DNA of 37,407 nucleotides from Deinococcales bacterium (GTDB lineage: Bacteria; Deinococcota; Deinococci; Deinococcales; JAAFIG01), in NCBI GenBank assembly GCA_043730305.1, contig JAYTKL010000400.1:1-37407 (forward strand), read 5' to 3'. The notes under the pieces are model-generated. The model did no database searches, was not told where the DNA came from, and saw nothing but the letters and a program-made list of their open reading frames with translations. Below, in pieces: positions 7,331 through 15,685 of this stretch. How positions within the stretch are numbered: position 1 is the stretch's first letter; every line of letters starts with the position of its first letter. A program made the translations under genes and the position numbers.

Positions 7331-10297
7331 TCATGCTATGAGCATTGTCTCGACAAGTGATGTCAACGTAGTGGTCTTAGCCGTTGGAAGTTCCATAAGC
7401 TTGAGGCTCGAGAGAACACGACGAGCCGCAGCTTGACCGAACACCCCACTCGCAGGGTTGGTCAACGCGAAATTCGCGGCTTTGGCTGCAAGCGCATGAT
7501 TGCCTGCCTCGAGTAAAACCTCTGCTTGATACGGCACAGCCCAAGACAACACCAATCCAATGTGATTCGAGTGCGCCAAACGCATCCCCTCGAGCAAAGC
7601 ACTCGCTGTTTTCTGGTCATTGCGTGCCAAGCCTAGCCGCCCAAGCACCACCAAGAGAAACGATTGAACGAAATGCTGACCCGTCCGTTCCGTGATTGGC
7701 AACGCCGCACGACACAAGCCCTCAGCCCGCTCGAGCCGAACCGAATCACCTTCTTGCAAGCCGATCTCGAGCAAGGACAGTGCCTCAATCGCTTGCATGA
7801 TTGCCTCAAGAATTCCAAGAACGGCTGGATTCCTGGCAATGATCGCATAACCCGCCTCGAGTGTCGCCAGCGCCTCCGCATGGGTTCCAAACAGCATTTG
7901 AGCGCAACCGAAATACGTGTACAACCAAACCGCATCGATTCCGTCGGGCAGGCGACCAGTCTGATACAGCTTGAGCGCTTCTTCAAAGGCTTGGTTCGCT
8001 CGAGTCTGGTCTGCCACAACCGCCGCCGCCAACCCAAGGGTGCTGAGGACTCGAGCCACCCGCACGTCATCGCCGATTTCTCGAGCCAGCACGAGCGCCT
8101 GTTCAGCAATGGTGGGGCTTTGAGCAAAATGACCCGCACGGTAATAGGCTTGCGCGAGCGCGTCAAAGGCTCGGCTGGCTTGCAAAGGCTCGGAAGAGCG
8201 TTGAGCAATTTTTACGGCTGTTTCGCAGTGCCTCACACCAGCCGCAAAGTCACCAACGAAGAGGTGACTCCAACCGTAACTGGTGGCAAACGAAACTCGA
8301 GCCTCGAGCGCCGAAGGGTCGTTCTCTGGCAAGGCAGTCAAAACTTCGGCAAACAACCGCGTGCCTGCTTCAAGTCTGCCACTCATGCCCATATGCCACA
8401 GCAACGGTTCGGCAAGACCCACCAGATCGCCGTACTGCCGTTTTTGTAGCAGGTGACGCAACATTGCCAAGACGTTTGCATCCTCACCGAGCGTGAAAAC
8501 AATCAATTCTGCACTGGCTGCCCCGCTCGAGGCTCGGTTCACTGCCGCTATGCGCGAGGCAAAATACGCGGCGTGGACATCGTGAGTCTCGAGATCAAGC
8601 GTTTCAGTCTCGGTCAGTTTGGCAGCGACGTAACTGTGAAGCAACGCATGAAATGTGAAGCGCCCAGGTGAAACGATTTGCACCAACGCCGCATTGCAAA
8701 GACGTTCAATGATGGTCGCGGTAGCCCCAGCCACCTCGAGTGCGGCGACAGCCGTAAAGCCACCCTGAAACACCGAGAGTTTGGCAAGCGTGTCTTGTTC
8801 AGTGGTTGTCAGCAGCCGCCAGGAATACTCGAACGCCACCCGCATCCCTTTGTGCCTCGCTCGAGCATCACGAAAGTGGGTTTCCACTCCAAGCGCGTCA
8901 CGCTCGAGGTTCACTCGCAATTCGGCAAGCGGCTCGAACCGCAGTCGTGCGGCGGCAAGCTCGAGCGCCAGTGGGTAGCCGCTCAGAAGCGTGCAGACTC
9001 GAATGGCGTCCGCAATCATCTCGGGTAGAAACGCAAAACCGTGTTGCGCCCGTCCAGCGCGATCCTCGAATAACTGCAACGCCTCGCTTTCCCGCATGAT
9101 CTCGAGAGTGGCGTCCAAAGCTGGAATCTCGAGTCCGTCCAAGGTCACAACGGTTTCGCTGCGCAGGTTGAGTCGTTGTCGTGAAGTCACCAGCAAGACC
9201 AGGTTTGGACAGCTTGAGAGTAGGCGCGGCAAGTGTTCTGCCGCCTCGAGTAAATGCTCGAAGTTGTCCAACACCAGCAAGACCTCGAGTGACCCAATGG
9301 TTTTGGCGAGGGTTTCATACGGCTCAGGCGAACCATCCACCACCAACCCGAACGGTTCCGCCATCCGACCCGCGACAGCAGCGCGATGCTCGAGGGTGTC
9401 GAGTGGAACGAAAAACACGCCATTGGCGAAATAAGCCCTGTCATACAAGCGACGGGCAACCTCAAGGGCGAGACGGGTTTTGCCAACCCCACCAGGTCCG
9501 TGCAGCGTGACCAGGCGAGAATCGTGACGATCAAGCAGCCTTGTTAAATCGCGCAAGTGCTGTTCACGACCAATAAAACCGGTGGCGAAGGCTGGAAGGT
9601 TTGTGGGAATGTTTTTGGGGTCTTGAAGTGATTCACCAAGGGCTGCGGCTTCACGCCTCAACCGTTCGAGACTCGAGCCACCATGAGGTGAAAGCAGGGT
9701 GTTCAAGCGTCGCAAATCGCGTCCTTCGGGTGTGGCAGCCACCCGCAAGGCTGCCTGTGCAAGCTCGAGAGACTGTTGTGAATCGCCTTTTGAAAACTTG
9801 CGTTCGCTGAATTCGAGGTGGGCGGATCGTGCCAAACTTGCCAGGCGTTCGCGGGTGTGAAAGACCCATTCCTCGAGTTCCTTGCCAAGACCACTACCAA
9901 GACCCGCCGCAAAATCTCCTGAGTACAATCCAATGGCTTCCTCGAGATTGCCAGTTTTACAATGCTTGGAAAACAAAACCGCATCGCAATCAATACAGGA
10001 TTCGATCTTGCCATCCTGCTCGAGGATCAGTTCGCCCGCACTGCGAAGCCGTCGCAAGGTGGTGGAAAGCGCATCGGCACTTTCGTTGCTTTCAGGGAAA
10101 AACAATGCGGCAAGATGACGACGTGTTTGTGAACCCTCGAGACACAAGTAGCCAAGCAGCAAGAGAGGCTTGGGGCGCTGAAATACCGCGCCCTCTAAAC
10201 GCACTCCGCCGAACGTCTCGAGTTGCATGATGGTGTTCAGTATACTTTGGGGTGCGAAACTGTGCTTGGCAGAATATTCTCGAGTTCGCTCTGTCAC
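7331..10297 (-). CDS. SARP/BTAD-headed STAND ATPase + TPR regulator (AfsR-like architecture)
   Basis: The N-terminal winged helix is LETFGGVRLEG..FQRPKPLLLLGYLCLEG..RRHLAALFF. BTAD-like strings are YSGDFAAGL..ELEEWVFHTRERL. The P-loop is LHGPGGVGKTRLALEVA and Walker B is LLVLDNFEHL, followed by a long TPR-like tail. By comparison with the paralogue at 19378, the likelier start is the ATG at 10228 (MQLETFGG), not the GTG at 10297. Confidence 0.85.
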   Translation of the reverse strand: MTERTREYSAKHSFAPQSILNTIMQLETFGGVRLEGAVFQRPKPLLLLGYLCLEGSQTRRHLAALFFPESNESADALSTTLRRLRSAGELILEQDGKIESCIDCDAVLFSKHCKTGNLEEAIGLYSGDFAAGLGSGLGKELEEWVFHTRERLASLARSAHLEFSERKFSKGDSQQSLELAQAALRVAATPEGRDLRRLNTLLSPHGGSSLERLRREAAALGESLQDPKNIPTNLPAFATGFIGREQHLRDLTRLLDRHDSRLVTLHGPGGVGKTRLALEVARRLYDRAYFANGVFFVPLDTLEHRAAVAGRMAEPFGLVVDGSPEPYETLAKTIGSLEVLLVLDNFEHLLEAAEHLPRLLSSCPNLVLLVTSRQRLNLRSETVVTLDGLEIPALDATLEIMRESEALQLFEDRAGRAQHGFAFLPEMIADAIRVCTLLSGYPLALELAAARLRFEPLAELRVNLERDALGVETHFRDARARHKGMRVAFEYSWRLLTTTEQDTLAKLSVFQGGFTAVAALEVAGATATIIERLCNAALVQIVSPGRFTFHALLHSYVAAKLTETETLDLETHDVHAAYFASRIAAVNRASSGAASAELIVFTLGEDANVLAMLRHLLQKRQYGDLVGLAEPLLWHMGMSGRLEAGTRLFAEVLTALPENDPSALEARVSFATSYGWSHLFVGDFAAGVRHCETAVKIAQRSSEPLQASRAFDALAQAYYRAGHFAQSPTIAEQALVLAREIGDDVRVARVLSTLGLAAAVVADQTRANQAFEEALKLYQTGRLPDGIDAVWLYTYFGCAQMLFGTHAEALATLEAGYAIIARNPAVLGILEAIMQAIEALSLLEIGLQEGDSVRLERAEGLCRAALPITERTGQHFVQSFLLVVLGRLGLARNDQKTASALLEGMRLAHSNHIGLVLSWAVPYQAEVLLEAGNHALAAKAANFALTNPASGVFGQAAARRVLSSLKLMELPTAKTTTLTSLVETMLIA

Positions 10298-10446
10298 GCT
10301 TGCCCGCGTCCAAGGGTGTATAGAGTTCCTCTTGACGTGCCTGAACTAGATATGCCGTTTAGGGGCACCCTTTTCTGAAAAACACCGTCCAGCAAAGAGC
10401 CAAAAAACGAAACTTTTCAATGTCTAGGATGAGGCATGAATAGGGA

Positions 10447-11592
10447 TCATAGTTCCCTGAATCGCACCCAAGCCGTTGAGGGTACACGTCCTCCAGCAAG
10501 CCCACCACCGCACGATAAGCTTGTGAAGAGGATTATCTTGTGACCCTTCTCAAGCAACAATTTCCCGACCCTGTCAGGATAAGTTGGTAGAGATGCCTTC
10601 GTCCACCCTCCAGTGACCGATGGCTTGTATGAAAAATCAGCGTCGAGATTTTTAGACTCATTCGGGGTGTTGCAGCCATTCGGCAAAGGCTTCATAGGCT
10701 TGGAGTAAATGTAAACTTCTGTTTGCTCTCCCGACGTCCACATCGCATCGATGCTGTATGTACCAGTTCGAGGAATGTCAATTCCTAAAGTAAAGTTGTC
10801 AGACCCCCTATTTGGGCTATCCGAGACAATCAATTCTTGTTTCGCATCATAATGAACGCCATAACCGAGAGTAATTGCCGAAGCTTGGAATGCCTTCTCA
10901 AATTTAACTGGAGGCAATGAATAATCTACAAGCATTGAATCAGGGATAGCCCCCAAAAAATTCCCAGATATCCGCACTGCTGATGCACCCACATCTCTCT
11001 TCACCTCGTATACTTTTGATCCAGAACCAGAAAAGGTCTCGTGAAGCGATTTTTTAGAATTTACTGTTCCGCCTACCAGCGCGATATCAACTACACCCCT
11101 AATAGTACCGATTGGAAACACCCTCGAGACGACCAATGTAAAGCCGTTGTTCGTAACATTTCGAGCTGAAAGAAGAAAGCCAGCCGCCGATGTAACTTTT
11201 GTCACACAATTTTGCCAAGCATTCACCTGAGCATCTGTCAAACCAGTTTTGAGATAGGATTGCGCCTCCGCGTCGCTCTTGGAGAAATTTTCTTGACTAA
11301 GACGTTGACGCACTTTTTTTGCAAAATCTTCTTTGCTTTCCGATTGGTTGTAATCGACTCCATACCCCGCATAACTTCCGCCTGCTCCCAACGAATTAGA
11401 TCGACCACTTTTATTTTCATCATATTCATAAGCGGCATAAAGATACATATAAGCCTGAGAGCGCCTGATATCAGAAGTTATTTGTTCAACAGTTGGTTTT
11501 AAAACTTCTCCGCAATTAATCGTATTTTGCGCAGATGCCACCTTTAAACCAAAGAGGACTATCACCAATGCGACGGCAGCTAAATATTTCAT
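10447..11592 (-). CDS. Secreted protein of unknown function
   Basis: 381 aa. The signal peptide is MKYLAAVALVIVLFGLKVASAQ. GAGGGG precedes the ATG. The C-terminal ~130 aa look like a beta-sandwich. I recognise no catalytic motif. It lies in the AT-rich island. Confidence 0.7.
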   Translation of the reverse strand: MKYLAAVALVIVLFGLKVASAQNTINCGEVLKPTVEQITSDIRRSQAYMYLYAAYEYDENKSGRSNSLGAGGSYAGYGVDYNQSESKEDFAKKVRQRLSQENFSKSDAEAQSYLKTGLTDAQVNAWQNCVTKVTSAAGFLLSARNVTNNGFTLVVSRVFPIGTIRGVVDIALVGGTVNSKKSLHETFSGSGSKVYEVKRDVGASAVRISGNFLGAIPDSMLVDYSLPPVKFEKAFQASAITLGYGVHYDAKQELIVSDSPNRGSDNFTLGIDIPRTGTYSIDAMWTSGEQTEVYIYSKPMKPLPNGCNTPNESKNLDADFSYKPSVTGGWTKASLPTYPDRVGKLLLEKGHKIILFTSLSCGGGLAGGRVPSTAWVRFREL

Positions 11593-11755
11593 GCTTTCCC
11601 CTCATTTAGTGCTTTCGTGTTTGGGCTTCTGGATTCATAAACACGCGAATTATTGCTGAATCCGAAGCCAACTTAAAAGTAGGTGATCTTGAACTGATTT
11701 TACGTTTGGTGTAAGAAGTCTGGTGAGCTAACCGTACCAAACTCGTCAGACATTT

Positions 11756-11953
11756 GCGGGTGTGAAAACCCAATTCTCGAGTTCCTTGCCAAGACCATCA
11801 CCAAAACCCGCCACAAAATCTCCCAAGTACAACGCATGGCTTCTATTCGCTTTCGCCGTCGAAGCGCACGTATATCTCATGGATGTCTATCTCTGCCCCA
11901 GATGCAAGTACGCCAAGTACAAGGGGATCGGTGAGTGTCAAAAATTGCAACCG
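11756..11953 (-). pseudogene. Composite scar: the 3' end of a paralogue of 14924..15460 fused to a fragment of a SARP-regulator gene
   Basis: 11843..11953 translates to ...LASGAEIDIHEIYVRFDGESE*, compared with ...INIHEMYVRFDGKCE* at the end of 14924..15460. 11756..11842 matches DNA at 9836..9920 of the intact SARP gene and 14836..14923. The breakpoint ...ATGGCTTC|TATTCGC... is the same as at 14924. Confidence 0.65.
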
Positions 11954-13753
11954 CTAGCGTTTTACACAATACCTAAGTGCAATCCAAGGGGGCATGCTTT
12001 CAAAGGGCTTACCGTCTCCTGTAGACCCTGTCATGTGGCTTCCAACACCTGGACTGTTTGTCCCCCAGCTCTGATTTGGTGTTTGCAAGTAACCTGCACC
12101 CGCTCCTGCTCCACCACTCAGCGTTTCGCTGTGCGAATGTGGCGGAAGATTTGGAACTGTCAGCACATGTCGTTCCTCTCCCCCAGATTGCATCAGACCT
12201 CGAGGGGTCAACCCAGCACCAGCACCGACACCGACAATCACTCGACCTGCCGCTTCGGTAAACTCATTCCAACCGTCTGGACATTCGCCATCAAGCCTGA
12301 AGGCAATTACCGACCTCGACATAGATTTTTCCGCAGTCTCTAGGGTCGCTAGGCGTTGACCAAAACTGGGTGAACCAGTATTACCTTGTTGATTGAATTG
12401 CGATAACTGCAAGGTTTTGGTTTTCGCAAAGTAATCCTTGGGTGAAAGCACCGTTTTAGCAGTTATAAACGTCGCACTGCTTTCAAAAGAACTTCGATTG
12501 ATCTGTCGAACTCGGATTTTTTTCGCAACGAAACGTTGTCCTTCCCACGAAAGGTCAATATCGTGTTTTGCATAAGTCTCGATAATTGCCCCTCGAGAAA
12601 CTTTGCTGCCAAATCCAAATGTAGCAACCACTCCCTCAACGGGTACGCCAATGTTGAGACTATCATCGCTCGTAGTCGTGTAATTTGAGGTTCCCTTGAT
12701 TTCGCTGAAAACCTTGTTTGTTTGCTTGGTAATGACATCGGGTGATAGGTCGTCTTTATTGTAAGTTGCTGCCAGCTTGTTTTTGTCATATTCGGCAGAT
12801 TGAGTGTCAAATTTGTTGTTGGCATACGATTTGATAAAGTCTTCAGCAACCGAATCCGTGAACGTTGCTGGGTCTTCGATGACATAATCAGCGCTTATTG
12901 CCGTTTGGATGCTTTCAGATAACGAACGGATGTCATCTCGATGCACATAGACATTTCCGCTCGCATCAGGCTTGATGCCTGATCCAGAGCCAAAAAGTTG
13001 AACATAGAAATTGGTGTTCTTGATATTTTTCAGTGAGATTCGGGTACTGTTGGTCAGGGCTGTATGACCTTTGAACGTGTAATTGTATTCAACGTTTTTT
13101 GTAATAGCAAAACTGGATGCGTTGGTCGCAATTTGCCGACTTGGACATGTAATTACAATGTCATAAGTTTCACTAGTTAATCCATTGACTTGGTAAAATT
13201 GAGCAGAAACACCACTTAAACTTGCGTCTTTTCCCAACCAACACTTTGGGTACGCGACAGCCAAATCCGGAATGCGAAACACCAACTGCCCAAGGTCGAG
13301 CGAGAATAGTTGTACTTCTTCCAGAGTATTAAATTTTCCACTCAAGACGTTGGCAATTTTCTTCACAGCCAAGTCTCGTGCGGCGTTTGGTAGGGTGACG
13401 ACTGTTAAAGAAGCGCTCCAAAGATCGGAATCATCTTTGAGATTTGGATTAAAAGGATGGATGTCAATTTCGGGTTTACCGTCGGCTTTGGTACGAGGAA
13501 TGAACATTGGTTCAAATCCGAATTTCCACTCACTTACTGGTTTTGAATTGTTTTCAGAGTCTGCCCAAATGGTACTAGTGATCCCCGAATAGGAAACAGC
13601 AGTCAAAAACTTAAAGGTGACTGCACCGATTTGAAGATCACCGTTATTAGACCCCACGCTCCCTTGTTGAGCACGTGAGCTAGATTGAATGAGCAATATA
13701 CCTATTGCAACAATACTCAACATTACGATTGTGCTCATTGTTATTTTTTTCAT
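11954..13753 (-). CDS. Secreted protein: ~480-aa unknown N-terminal region fused to a C-terminal phage tail-collar domain
   Basis: The ATG at 13753 is preceded by GGAGG. The signal peptide is MKKITMSTIVMLSIVAIGILLIQSSSRAQ. The C-terminus ECPDGWNEF..AGRVIVGVG...GGEERHVLTVPNLPPHSHS...GKPFESMPPWIALRYCV matches the tail-collar (MdpB-like) pattern. Confidence 0.75.
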   Translation of the reverse strand: MKKITMSTIVMLSIVAIGILLIQSSSRAQQGSVGSNNGDLQIGAVTFKFLTAVSYSGITSTIWADSENNSKPVSEWKFGFEPMFIPRTKADGKPEIDIHPFNPNLKDDSDLWSASLTVVTLPNAARDLAVKKIANVLSGKFNTLEEVQLFSLDLGQLVFRIPDLAVAYPKCWLGKDASLSGVSAQFYQVNGLTSETYDIVITCPSRQIATNASSFAITKNVEYNYTFKGHTALTNSTRISLKNIKNTNFYVQLFGSGSGIKPDASGNVYVHRDDIRSLSESIQTAISADYVIEDPATFTDSVAEDFIKSYANNKFDTQSAEYDKNKLAATYNKDDLSPDVITKQTNKVFSEIKGTSNYTTTSDDSLNIGVPVEGVVATFGFGSKVSRGAIIETYAKHDIDLSWEGQRFVAKKIRVRQINRSSFESSATFITAKTVLSPKDYFAKTKTLQLSQFNQQGNTGSPSFGQRLATLETAEKSMSRSVIAFRLDGECPDGWNEFTEAAGRVIVGVGAGAGLTPRGLMQSGGEERHVLTVPNLPPHSHSETLSGGAGAGAGYLQTPNQSWGTNSPGVGSHMTGSTGDGKPFESMPPWIALRYCVKR

Positions 13754-13850
13754 ATTGCCTCCATTTAACTTGGAAAGAAAGGTCAATTAAATATTTCGTC
13801 AACGTAGGTTCAAATCAAACAGTTATTGTAGAGTTTTCTGCTGATCTTTT

Positions 13851-14381
13851 TTAGTTGTTTGATCTTGGTCCGTTTGCTTGAATGCCTTGTGTTGTGGGAT
13901 CGGCATCAAAGTTTGGAGTGCCGTATTTGCGTACTGCACTAAAGTAGATGTGAGCTTTTCCATTGCAAAGAGTTTGTAATACACCACTGGTCTGCTCCTT
14001 ACAGAGCTGAAAGAGGTCGTTTTCAAAACGCTGATCCACTCCCAAGCGCGACATCATGCGAAAATCTACGGTGCCCGTCCTGATCGAGTCGTAAACAATC
14101 CCGCCTGAATATCCTGCATCGTGCATGTCACATGCGCGGGTTACTGTTACGATGATGACTTGCTTGGAGGTTGGATTTTCGATCCGAAACGAATCAGGAA
14201 CCAAGCTAGAAAAACCCGCTCCTCCACAGCCATTCGAGTATGCTGTCGCCTTAAATGGGTTGCTCGTGGTGTTGCCCTGGAGGATATCGGCAAATACCAA
14301 ACTGTTAATCAACAAATAACCCATGGTTAACGAGGCAGCAAGCGATAAGCGCAACATCTGGCGAAACACTATGACCATCAT
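13851..14381 (-). CDS. Secreted phospholipase-A2-like protein (putative)
   Basis: 176 aa with GGAGG before the ATG and an N-terminal signal/anchor. YSNGCGGAG (aa 48-56) resembles the PLA2 Ca-binding loop Y.G.G. ACDMHDAGY (aa 83-91) resembles the catalytic C..HD..Y motif. There are four Cys in the predicted mature part. Confidence 0.45.
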   Translation of the reverse strand: MMVIVFRQMLRLSLAASLTMGYLLINSLVFADILQGNTTSNPFKATAYSNGCGGAGFSSLVPDSFRIENPTSKQVIIVTVTRACDMHDAGYSGGIVYDSIRTGTVDFRMMSRLGVDQRFENDLFQLCKEQTSGVLQTLCNGKAHIYFSAVRKYGTPNFDADPTTQGIQANGPRSNN

Positions 14382-14689
14382 TCAAATCCTCCTTTCTTAA
14401 TATTTTCATACTTGAGCTTTTTGTTTCTCGAGACCCGTTTTCATAGTTTCCCGTCATCTTGCTCATTGAACATCCACCAAACGTCGAAGTAAAATTCTCG
14501 GGTTTTTCTACTCAAAGCGGGAATAATCGTCATTCACTGGCTGATCTGGCTGATAGAACGAATTGCTTTCGCAAGGATGTTGGCAGCAAACCGAATATCT
14601 TCATTGGTGTGGTTTGGAGTGACCTGCAAACGAAAACGTGCTGCCCACGCCGACAAGCCAGAAACTCGATGTTATTGAGAATCAAACCA

Positions 14690-14923
14690 CTCTCGAAGCA
14701 CTGCCTGTACGCTTGCCGCGCAACAGGTTCCTCGCCGACCAGGACAAGCACGAGAGACCGTTATGAATCGCCTTTTGAAAGGGCGCGTTCGCTGATTTTG
14801 AGGTGGGCTGATCGTGCCAAACTTGCCAGGCGTTCGCGGGTGTGAAAAACCCATTCCTCAAGTTTCTTGCCAAGACCACCACAACACCCGTCGCAAAATC
14901 TCTCGAATACAACGCATTGGCTT
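14690..14923 (-). pseudogene. Remnant of a SARP/BTAD regulator paralogue (codons about 117-195 only, premature stop)
   Basis: It translates to ...LGKKLEEWVFHTRERLASLARSAHLKISERALSKGDS*, compared with ...GKELEEWVFHTRERLASLARSAHLEFSERKFSKGDSQQ in 7331..10297. TAA replaces CAA. It has no N-terminus or ATPase part and abuts the stop codon of 14924..15460. Confidence 0.7.
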
Positions 14924-15460
14924 CTATTCGCATTTGCCGTCGAAGCGCACGTACATCTCATGAATGTTGATCGTTGCCCCAGTTGCATCAATGCTAGCTG
15001 GGGTTGATTGATCAGGGAAGATGTTAAGGTAGAGAACGGACGTGCCTCCCTGGGCATAGTATAAGGTAAGGCTCTTTATTGCCTTCAGTAATTGCTTCGT
15101 CTGAGGAGAGAGAGTGGATGGAGTTGGTGACCACGTGGCGCTCAGGATCGCGTTGTTGCCGATGACCTGTTGAGGGATGGGCACAGAGGCGTATTCCTGT
15201 GAGAAATCCAGAGTACCTTGGAATGTAAAGTTGAAGTCCTTCGAGCAGATGCTTGGTGTTGTTGTTGCTTGAAGAGCAGTGACTTTCCCTTCCAGTGCGG
15301 TTACGGCAGTACCAAGGGCACTAAAATTCTGATTCACTGCGTTTGAACTGATGACGGTTCCACTTATAAATGTGTTTGGGATTGTTGCAGCCAAAGCAAC
15401 CAAACCAAAGGAGCCGAGGGCAAAACCAAGAACGAGGTTTTTGAGGGTTTTTGTGTTCAT
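14924..15460 (-). CDS. Secreted fibre-like protein of unknown function
   Basis: 178 aa. AAGGAA precedes the ATG. The signal peptide is MNTKTLKNLVLGFALGSFGLVALA. It is followed by IPNTFISGTVISSNAVNQNFSALGTAVTALEGKVTALQ, an N-terminal motif plus short coiled coil seen in tail-fibre/collar-type proteins. Confidence 0.65.
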   Translation of the reverse strand: MNTKTLKNLVLGFALGSFGLVALAATIPNTFISGTVISSNAVNQNFSALGTAVTALEGKVTALQATTTPSICSKDFNFTFQGTLDFSQEYASVPIPQQVIGNNAILSATWSPTPSTLSPQTKQLLKAIKSLTLYYAQGGTSVLYLNIFPDQSTPASIDATGATINIHEMYVRFDGKCE

Positions 15461-15512
15461 CTGAGCATTCCTTTCGAGCAGCTTGAAACCGAGAGGCGGC
15501 GGATTGATCGTT

Positions 15513-15662
15513 TCACGATCCCCAAACAGCGCTGTCCCATTGACTGGTGTTGGTGTCCCAAGTACTGGTCGAAGATGGCGGCGGTGGCGGTGGAGGAGGC
15601 GGCAATATACAAGAAACCAAAAGGGTGACCAACACCAAAACCATAACCAAATGACGTTTCAT
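15513..15662 (-). CDS. Small lipoprotein with a poly-proline tract (49 aa), hypothetical
   Basis: Absent from the ORF track. ATG at 15662 is preceded by GGAGG. My translation is MKRHLVMVLVLVTLLVSCILPPPPPPPPPSSTSTWDTNTSQWDSAVWGS, with the lipobox LVSC. It sits between the RCC1 gene and 14924..15460. Confidence 0.4.
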   Translation of the reverse strand: MKRHLVMVLVLVTLLVSCILPPPPPPPPPSSTSTWDTNTSQWDSAVWGS

Positions 15663-15685
15663 ACTGCCTCCTGAACCACCTGGTC

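Noticed and set aside
11843-11956. Stop-codon readthrough of the tail-collar gene into the in-frame 36-codon remnant that follows its TAG.
   Set aside because: The remnant is in frame, which has a one-in-three chance. The collar domain ends at its usual ...AL.YC... position. The downstream piece is explained as a duplicated gene fragment, and no readthrough context is evident.
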